NCBI GenBank assembly: GCA_016789685.1 | Contig: JAEUQQ010000755.1 | Coordinates: forward strand, 1-59,679 | DNA: 59,679 nt | Source: Acidobacteriota bacterium | GTDB taxonomy: Bacteria > Acidobacteriota > Vicinamibacteria > Vicinamibacterales > JAFNAJ01 | Reading direction: 5' to 3' | Shown: one piece after another, positions 53,163-59,679 of the stretch | Numbering within the stretch: position 1 is the first letter of the stretch | How the letters are laid out: each line of letters opens with the position of its first letter | Position numbers and translations under genes: made by a program | The notes under the pieces: generated by a model | What the model saw: the letters and a program-made list of their open reading frames with translations, nothing else | The model's database searches: none | Told to the model about the DNA's origin: nothing

Positions 53163-54653
53163 ATGACGATGATCGAGCGCCACCCGGCGCTGTGGACATT
53201 TGCCATCGCGCTGGCGATCCGCGTCGGAATCGTCGCACTCACCGGGTTCGATGGCCTGTATGGCCAGGACCCATTCGCCTACCTCGCGCAGGCCCGCGCC
53301 ATCGCCGAGACCGCTCCGCACGGCGACTGGCCCCGCAACGACTTCTTCTGGCCGAGCGGGTACCCGGTCGTGGCCGCCACGATGATGTGGCTGACCGGAA
53401 CCACGCTCGCCGCCGCACAGGCGGTCAACATCGTTGCGGGCGCGGCGCTTGCGCCGCTGACCTACCTCCTGGCAAGAGATCTCGGCGCCGGTGTGGGGCC
53501 GCGCGCGGCACTCGCCGCGGCAACGCTCGTCGCCATCGGAGCGCAAGGGGTGCAGTCGTCTGTGGTGGTGATGGCCGATGTGACGGGGCTGTGGTGGGCC
53601 ACCCTGGGCACCTGGATGGCCCTGCGCGCATCGGCACGGCCCGGCCAGGCCGGCGTCGCGCCGCGACTGACCGCGGGACTGGCCATCGGGATGGCCACCA
53701 TCACCCGCTGGCAGCACGCCCTGCTGGCGCCGATGACCGTGTGGCTCGCGATGCGCGTCACCGACACGGCACCCCTTCGCCGGTTGGTGCGATGGCTGCC
53801 GGCTGGCGCGCTCGCACTCGCGATCGTGTTCGCGCAGGCATCGCTCACCGTGCAGACACGTTCAGAGGGACTGGCGCACGAGTGGCTGCTGTCGTGGCAC
53901 CCCGCCAACGCGCTGGCGCGTACCGTGACCACGGCAGACGGCGTCCAGTCACACTGGCTGCCCGTCGGCGTGTTCTATCTGCAGACCTTCTTCCATCCGG
54001 GACTGCTGATGCCGCCACTCGGTGTCTTTGCACTCGTCGGGGTGTGGCGCCTGTGGGAGCAGCGTGCCCGGGTGGCGCTGGGAGTCACGCTCGGGTGGAT
54101 CGCGCTCCAGTACGCCTTCCTCGCGGGGATCCCGATTCACAACCTGCGCTTCGCGCTCGGCTACTGGGTGCCGGTCGCCATCCTGGCCGGCGTGGGGATC
54201 GACCGTGGCCTGGCATGGGGCAGGTTCCGGCGCACGACCGCAGCGGTCGCGCTCCTCACGATGGTCGCGATGCTGGGGTGGTCGGCGTGGACCGTGCGAC
54301 GGCTTGCCGAACGCGAAGCGGCGATCAGGCGCGACGTGGTGGCCATGGCCGCGCACGTGCCCCCCGGGGCGCCGTTGCTGTCGTTCGGCGTGACGTTGAC
54401 GGCCCGGCACGTGACGGGGCGCGCGATCCGGGAGTTCTTCGACGAGACGCCTGCCACACTCGAGGCGCTACTCGGCGACGCGCCCGTGATCTACCTGGCG
54501 ATCGACGCCAGGAACGTGTCGACGCAGTGGAGCGGACGCGCCCCGGGCCGCAACCTGTCGTGGCTGCGCGAGCACGCCACGATCACCGACGTGGCACACT
54601 ATCCGGGCTTCGTGCTGTACGAAGTGACGCGCCACACGACCGTGCCCCGCTGA
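53163..54653 (+). CDS. GT39/ArnT-like (PMT_2) polytopic membrane glycosyltransferase
   Basis: About 12 TM segments. The N-terminal loop LTGFDGLYGQDPFAYLAQARAI...FFWPSGYP resembles GT-C enzymes that use lipid-linked sugar donors. Confidence 0.65.
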   Translation: MTMIERHPALWTFAIALAIRVGIVALTGFDGLYGQDPFAYLAQARAIAETAPHGDWPRNDFFWPSGYPVVAATMMWLTGTTLAAAQAVNIVAGAALAPLTYLLARDLGAGVGPRAALAAATLVAIGAQGVQSSVVVMADVTGLWWATLGTWMALRASARPGQAGVAPRLTAGLAIGMATITRWQHALLAPMTVWLAMRVTDTAPLRRLVRWLPAGALALAIVFAQASLTVQTRSEGLAHEWLLSWHPANALARTVTTADGVQSHWLPVGVFYLQTFFHPGLLMPPLGVFALVGVWRLWEQRARVALGVTLGWIALQYAFLAGIPIHNLRFALGYWVPVAILAGVGIDRGLAWGRFRRTTAAVALLTMVAMLGWSAWTVRRLAEREAAIRRDVVAMAAHVPPGAPLLSFGVTLTARHVTGRAIREFFDETPATLEALLGDAPVIYLAIDARNVSTQWSGRAPGRNLSWLREHATITDVAHYPGFVLYEVTRHTTVPR

Positions 54654-55730
<1,077 letters not shown>

Positions 55731-55743
55731 CGAGGCGCCTCGC

Positions 55744-55786
55744 GGGGTCAGGTCTTGAAAAATGCTGCAATGAAAGACGTGACCCC
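55744..55786. repeat. Half-copy of the 40.2-kb REP-like element, between convergent genes
   Basis: GGGGTCAGGTCTTGAAAAATGCTGCAATGAAAGACGTGACCCC matches 40291-40331 over its last 41 nt with 2 mismatches. It can fold on itself (GGGGTCA/TGACCCC plus GTCTT/AAGAC). It lies 14 nt after the OYE stop and 1 nt before the glycyl-radical-enzyme stop. Confidence 0.75.
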
Positions 55787-55787
55787 G

Positions 55788-58148
55788 TCAGAACTCGGCG
55801 TGTTCGGTGCGGTGGATGATCTCGTCCTGCAGCGCGGCTGACAGGTCGCAGAAGTAGTCGCTGTAGCCCGCGACGCGCACGATCAGGTCGCGGTGCGCCG
55901 ACGGATCGGCCTGCGCCTGCCGCAACGTGGCGGCCGTCACGACGTTGAACTGGACGTGGTGGCCATCGAGCTTGAAGTACGACCGCACCAGGCTGTGCAG
56001 CCGGTCGATCCCGCCCTCGCCCTCGAGCACGCCAGGCGTGAACTTCATGTTCAGCAGCGTGCCGCCGGTCTTCACGTGATCCATCTTCGACGCCGACTTC
56101 AGCACGGCCGTCGGCCCGCGACGGTCGGCCCCCTGCACCGGACTGATCCCCTCGGAGACGGGCGCGCCCGCGCGGCGGCCATCCGTTGAGGCCCCGCACA
56201 CCTCGCCGAAATACACGTGGCACGTCGTGGGCAGCATCTCGAGCCGGTACGCGCCCCCCTTCGTGTTGGGGCGGCCGTCGATGCTCTCGAACAGCATCCT
56301 GAACGTCTGCGTCATCAGCGCATCGGCCGCGTCATCGTCGTTGCCGTACTTGGGCAGCGTGTTGACGAGGCGCTGGCGCAGCACCTCGTGGCCGTCGAAG
56401 TCGGCATCGGCGATCGCGATCAGATCCTGGAGCGGCATCGTCGTGTCGTCGAACACGAGCTGCTTCAGGGCCACGAGGCTGTCGGTGACGCTGCCGATGC
56501 CCACCGCCTGGATGAACGTGTTGTTGTAGCGCGCGCCGCCGGCGTTGTAGTCGCGCCCCGTCGCGATGCAGTCGTCGGTGATCACCGAGAGGAACGTGTG
56601 CGGCATGCGCGTCGCGTACACGCGCTCGATGACCTGGTTGCCGCGGATCTTGATGTCGAGCATGTGCCTGACCTGGGCGCTGAACGCTGCGAACAGGTCG
56701 TCGAAGTCGCGGAAGTCGGCCGGGTCGCCCGTCCGCGCGCCGATGTGGCGGCCGGTGCGCGCATCGAACCCGTCGTGCAGCGCGAGCTCGAGCATCTTCA
56801 CCAGGTTGAAGTAGCCGGTGAGGATGTACGCCTCCTTGCCGAACGCGCCCACCTCGACGCACCCCGAGCACCCGCCCTCGCGCGCGTCCTCGAGCGTCTT
56901 GCCCTGGCGGAGCTGTTCCTCGACGACCGCGTCGGCGTTGAACAGCGACGGGAAGCCGTAGCCGTTGCGAATGACACGCAACGCGTGCTTGAGCACCACG
57001 TCGGGCGTCTTGCGCGACACCTGCACGTTGCTGCTCGGCTGCAGCAGGTGCATCTCGTCGATGATGTCGAGCAGCAGGTGCGTGAGCGCGTTCGAGCCGT
57101 CGCTGCCGTCACGCAGGAGCCCGGCGAGGTTGATGTTGGCGAAGTCGGTGTACGTCCCGCTCTCGGCCGCGGTGACCCCCACCTTGGGCGGCGCCGTGTG
57201 GTTGTTGAACTTCACGAAGAAGCACTCGAGCAGTTCGCGCGCCGACTCGCGCGTGAGCGAACCGTCGGCCAGGCCACGCTGGTAGAACGGCCACAGGTGC
57301 TGGTCGAGATGGCCGGGGCTGAAGGCATCCCAGCCGTTGAGCTCGGTGATCACCGCGAGATGGCAGAACCAGTAGGCCTGCAGCGCCTCGTGGAAGTCGC
57401 GCGGCGCGTGGGCCGGCACCCACCGGCACGTGTCGGCGATCTTGCGGAGTTCGGCGCGCCGCGCCGGGTCGTCGCAGGCCGTTGCCTGCGCGTCGGCGAG
57501 GTCGGCGTGCCGCTGGGCGAACCGGATGACCGCGTCGCAGGCAATCGACATCGCGCGCAACTGCTCGCGCTTGTCGAGCGCCTCGGGATCGCGTTCGAGA
57601 TCGAGCGCGGCCTCTGTGCGGGCAATGTCGGCCTGGGCGTCGCGCAGGCCCTTCACGTAGATCTTGCCGTCGGCCACCGTATGGCCAGGCGCACGCTGCT
57701 CCATGAACTCGGTGAAGCAGCCGGCGGCATACGCGTCGTGCCATTCCTGCGGCAGCAGCGTGAACATCTGGTCGCGCAGCGACCGGCCCGTCCAGAACGG
57801 GACGATGTCGCGCTCGTAGGTCTCGATCACCGACGGCTCGACCGCGTAGCTCGTCTTCGGCCGCGCGTCGAGGATGCGCAGGTCGTCGGCCGAGTGGCAC
57901 GTCAGCTCGGGATACGTCGGCACTGCCTTCGGCGCGGGCCCGCGTTCGCCGACGATCAGTTCGCCGTCGCCCATCCACAGCGTCTTCTGGTCGCAGATGG
58001 CGAGGAAGTTGAGCGCGCGCATCACCGGCACCGAATGGCGGCCCAGATGCTCCTTGTAGAACGTGGTCGTGATCCTCGCGCGTTCGTCGCTGATCGACGG
58101 GATGGCGTCGAGGCTCGCGCGACGCAGGCGTTCGGAGCGGACGGTCAT
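55788..58148 (-). CDS. Glycyl radical enzyme, PFL2/dehydratase clade (trans-4-hydroxy-L-proline dehydratase HypD-like)
   Basis: 786 aa. The C-terminal glycyl radical motif is LIVRVAGYSDYF and the Cys loop is GGCSGCVEVG. Blocks FTEFMEQRAPGHTV, ELNGWDAFSPGHLDQH, KFNNHTAPPKVG, YTDFANIN and MLPTTCHVYFGE match my memory of HypD-type enzymes. Confidence 0.85.
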   Translation of the reverse strand: MTVRSERLRRASLDAIPSISDERARITTTFYKEHLGRHSVPVMRALNFLAICDQKTLWMGDGELIVGERGPAPKAVPTYPELTCHSADDLRILDARPKTSYAVEPSVIETYERDIVPFWTGRSLRDQMFTLLPQEWHDAYAAGCFTEFMEQRAPGHTVADGKIYVKGLRDAQADIARTEAALDLERDPEALDKREQLRAMSIACDAVIRFAQRHADLADAQATACDDPARRAELRKIADTCRWVPAHAPRDFHEALQAYWFCHLAVITELNGWDAFSPGHLDQHLWPFYQRGLADGSLTRESARELLECFFVKFNNHTAPPKVGVTAAESGTYTDFANINLAGLLRDGSDGSNALTHLLLDIIDEMHLLQPSSNVQVSRKTPDVVLKHALRVIRNGYGFPSLFNADAVVEEQLRQGKTLEDAREGGCSGCVEVGAFGKEAYILTGYFNLVKMLELALHDGFDARTGRHIGARTGDPADFRDFDDLFAAFSAQVRHMLDIKIRGNQVIERVYATRMPHTFLSVITDDCIATGRDYNAGGARYNNTFIQAVGIGSVTDSLVALKQLVFDDTTMPLQDLIAIADADFDGHEVLRQRLVNTLPKYGNDDDAADALMTQTFRMLFESIDGRPNTKGGAYRLEMLPTTCHVYFGEVCGASTDGRRAGAPVSEGISPVQGADRRGPTAVLKSASKMDHVKTGGTLLNMKFTPGVLEGEGGIDRLHSLVRSYFKLDGHHVQFNVVTAATLRQAQADPSAHRDLIVRVAGYSDYFCDLSAALQDEIIHRTEHAEF

Positions 58149-59026
58149 GACTGGCCCCCGATGGTGGTGGTGAGCCCCGCGGCGCGCAGGTGCGCGGCGA
58201 GGGCCTCGAGATGCCCGGGCGCGGGCGGCACCGTGCCGGCCATCGCGTCATCGAGCCCCACGCGCGCGAACTTGGCAGCGCCCGTGGCATGGAACGGCAG
58301 CAGGTCGACGCGATCGACGCCGGGCAACTCGCGGAGCAGCGCGCACGTCGCCGCGACGTTGGCCTCGTCGTCATTCACGCCGGGAATGACCGGCACCCGG
58401 ATCCAGATGTTCGCGTGCACGCGCGAGAGCGCGCGCAGGTTGTCGAGAATGATCCGGTTCGACGCCCCGGTCGCCGCCCGGTGCCGGGCGTCGTCGATCA
58501 CCTTGAGGTCGTAGAGCACGAGGTCGGCGTGCGCGGCCACGGCGCGCAGGTCGTCCCAGCGCGCGAAGCCGCATGTGTCGAGCGCCGTGTGCACGCCGTC
58601 GGCACGCAGGTCGCGCATCGCCTCGGCCACGAAACCGGCCTGCTGCAACGGCTCACCGCCCGAGAAGGTGACGCCGCCGCCGGACTCGTCGAAGAAGACG
58701 CGGTCGCGCACGACCGCCTGCACCAGGTCCGCAACAGTCGTCGTGTCGCCCACGGCCTGCAGGGCGCCGGTCGGGCACAACGCCACGTCATGGCGGCCGC
58801 GTCCAGACACCACCGGGTCGGCAAGCTCATCGTCGCTGCATCGCCCGCAGCGCATGCAGCGGTGCCCGAGGCGGACGAACGCCTCGCCGCAGGCCTGGCT
58901 CTCGGGGTTGTGGCACCACGCGCAGCGCAGCGGGCAGCCCTTCATGAACACCGTCGTGCGCACGCCGGGGCCGTCGTGGATCGAGAAGCGCTGCACGTTG
59001 AAGACGAGCCCTGTCGTCGCCATCAC
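58145..59026 (-). CDS. Glycyl-radical-enzyme activating radical SAM protein
   Basis: The N-terminus is FNVQRFSIHDGPGVRTTVFMKGCPLRCAWCHNPES, followed by an extra Cys-rich ferredoxin-like insert. An ATGA overlap links it to the downstream glycyl radical enzyme gene. Confidence 0.9.
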   Translation of the reverse strand: MMATTGLVFNVQRFSIHDGPGVRTTVFMKGCPLRCAWCHNPESQACGEAFVRLGHRCMRCGRCSDDELADPVVSGRGRHDVALCPTGALQAVGDTTTVADLVQAVVRDRVFFDESGGGVTFSGGEPLQQAGFVAEAMRDLRADGVHTALDTCGFARWDDLRAVAAHADLVLYDLKVIDDARHRAATGASNRIILDNLRALSRVHANIWIRVPVIPGVNDDEANVAATCALLRELPGVDRVDLLPFHATGAAKFARVGLDDAMAGTVPPAPGHLEALAAHLRAAGLTTTIGGQS

Positions 59027-59679
59027 GCGCCTGGCGCCTGCGCGGCGAAGTAGTACGCGCGGATGAAGGGCTCCTGCACGCGGTACGACCAGTGGACGTT
59101 GCGCAGGTGCGCGGCCGCATCGGCGATGGCGCCGCGTTCGAGCAACGCCACGAAGTCTTCGTGCTCGACCACCGAGTGCGCTTCCCAGGCCTGCAGCATG
59201 CCCTGCCGCCGCGGCCAGTCGTAGAGACGCTGCTTGAGCAGGTCGACCTGGGCGACCAGGCGCCGGTTGTCGCTGCGCGACAGGTAGACGTCGTGGAAGG
59301 CGAGGTTTGCCGCGTAGAACCGGTCGAAGTCGCGCGCGGCGACGGCGTCGGCCATCCCGGCGTCGAGCGCGCGCATGCGGGCGACGTCGGCTGCGGTGAG
59401 CGCGGGCCCCACGCTCTCGAGCGCGGCGGCTTCGAGCGCGCCGATGATCTCGTAGTAGTGGCGGATGTCGTCGAGCGTGAGCGCGTTGACGAGGAAGCCG
59501 CGACGCGGCAGGACGGTGATGAAGCCCTGCGACTCGAGATGGAGGAGCGCCTCGCGCAGTGGGGTGCGACTGATGCCGAGCTGGGCGGCGAGGTCGTTGA
59601 GGTCGAGGAAGGCGCCTGGCTGGAGTCCGCCGCTGGCCATCTGCTCGCGCAGGAACTCGTAGACCTGCTCCCGGAGGGA
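59023..59679 (-). CDS. GntR-family (FadR/FCD-type) transcriptional regulator, 5' end outside the window
   Basis: The winged-helix region reads LREQVYEFLREQMASGGLQPGAFLDLNDLAAQLGISRTPLREAL and runs in frame to the window edge. A C-terminal FCD-like helical domain follows. The stop overlaps the activase start. Confidence 0.85.
   Translation of the reverse strand, partial: SLREQVYEFLREQMASGGLQPGAFLDLNDLAAQLGISRTPLREALLHLESQGFITVLPRRGFLVNALTLDDIRHYYEIIGALEAAALESVGPALTAADVARMRALDAGMADAVAARDFDRFYAANLAFHDVYLSRSDNRRLVAQVDLLKQRLYDWPRRQGMLQAWEAHSVVEHEDFVALLERGAIADAAAHLRNVHWSYRVQEPFIRAYYFAAQAPGA

Noticed and set aside
56217-58514. 765-aa plus-strand ORF and other ORFs overlapping the glycyl radical enzyme and activase genes.
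   Set aside because: They are antisense to genes with unmistakable glycyl-radical-enzyme and activase motifs, and their composition is artefactual (Arg/Ala/Val/Glu-rich).

Overview
Very GC-rich bacterial chromosomal segment. Composition and protein repertoire (carboxypeptidase-regulatory-like, NHL and TolB/S9-peptidase proteins, a giant TSP3/LVIVD/PPC surface protein) suggest an Acidobacteriota- or Gemmatimonadota-like organism; this is inference only. I support about 45 genes, with no rRNA, tRNA, CRISPR array, transposase or integrase. From left to right: (1) a sulfur-type respiratory and transport module: a Tat-exported Mo-bisPGD oxidoreductase with 4Fe-4S and NrfD subunits, a split YeeE/YedE transporter, and an atypical rhodanese. 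(2) A ThiF-like E1 plus a class-V cysteine desulfurase behind a ~550-nt gene-free leader. (3) A P-type ATPase, secreted peptidases and a pirin. (4) A DUF3365 / hybrid histidine kinase / response regulator / cytochrome c group, next to a decayed metalloprotease gene. (5) A 2586-aa secreted multi-repeat protein followed 8 bp later by a PAP2/vanadium-haloperoxidase-like gene. (6) Housekeeping-type genes (NHL protein, M20 amidohydrolase, arsC, ggt, NUP permease, LysM protein). (7) The most unusual part, ~42.1-54.7 kb: a tightly coupled operon headed by an HprK-like P-loop kinase, with four cobalamin-type radical SAM paralogues interleaved with two SAM methyltransferases, then a GT4 glycosyltransferase, an NTP_transf_5 nucleotidyltransferase and a GT39/ArnT-like membrane glycosyltransferase. 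No recognisable substrate gene is present except a possible 32-codon mini-ORF. (8) An OYE flavin reductase convergent with a gntR / activase / glycyl-radical-enzyme (HypD-like) operon. A palindromic REP-like element occurs at 40.2 kb, with a half-copy at 55.7 kb. Many long ORFs in the track are antisense or out-of-frame artefacts of the high GC content and were rejected. All family assignments come from motif recognition by eye, not from database searches.
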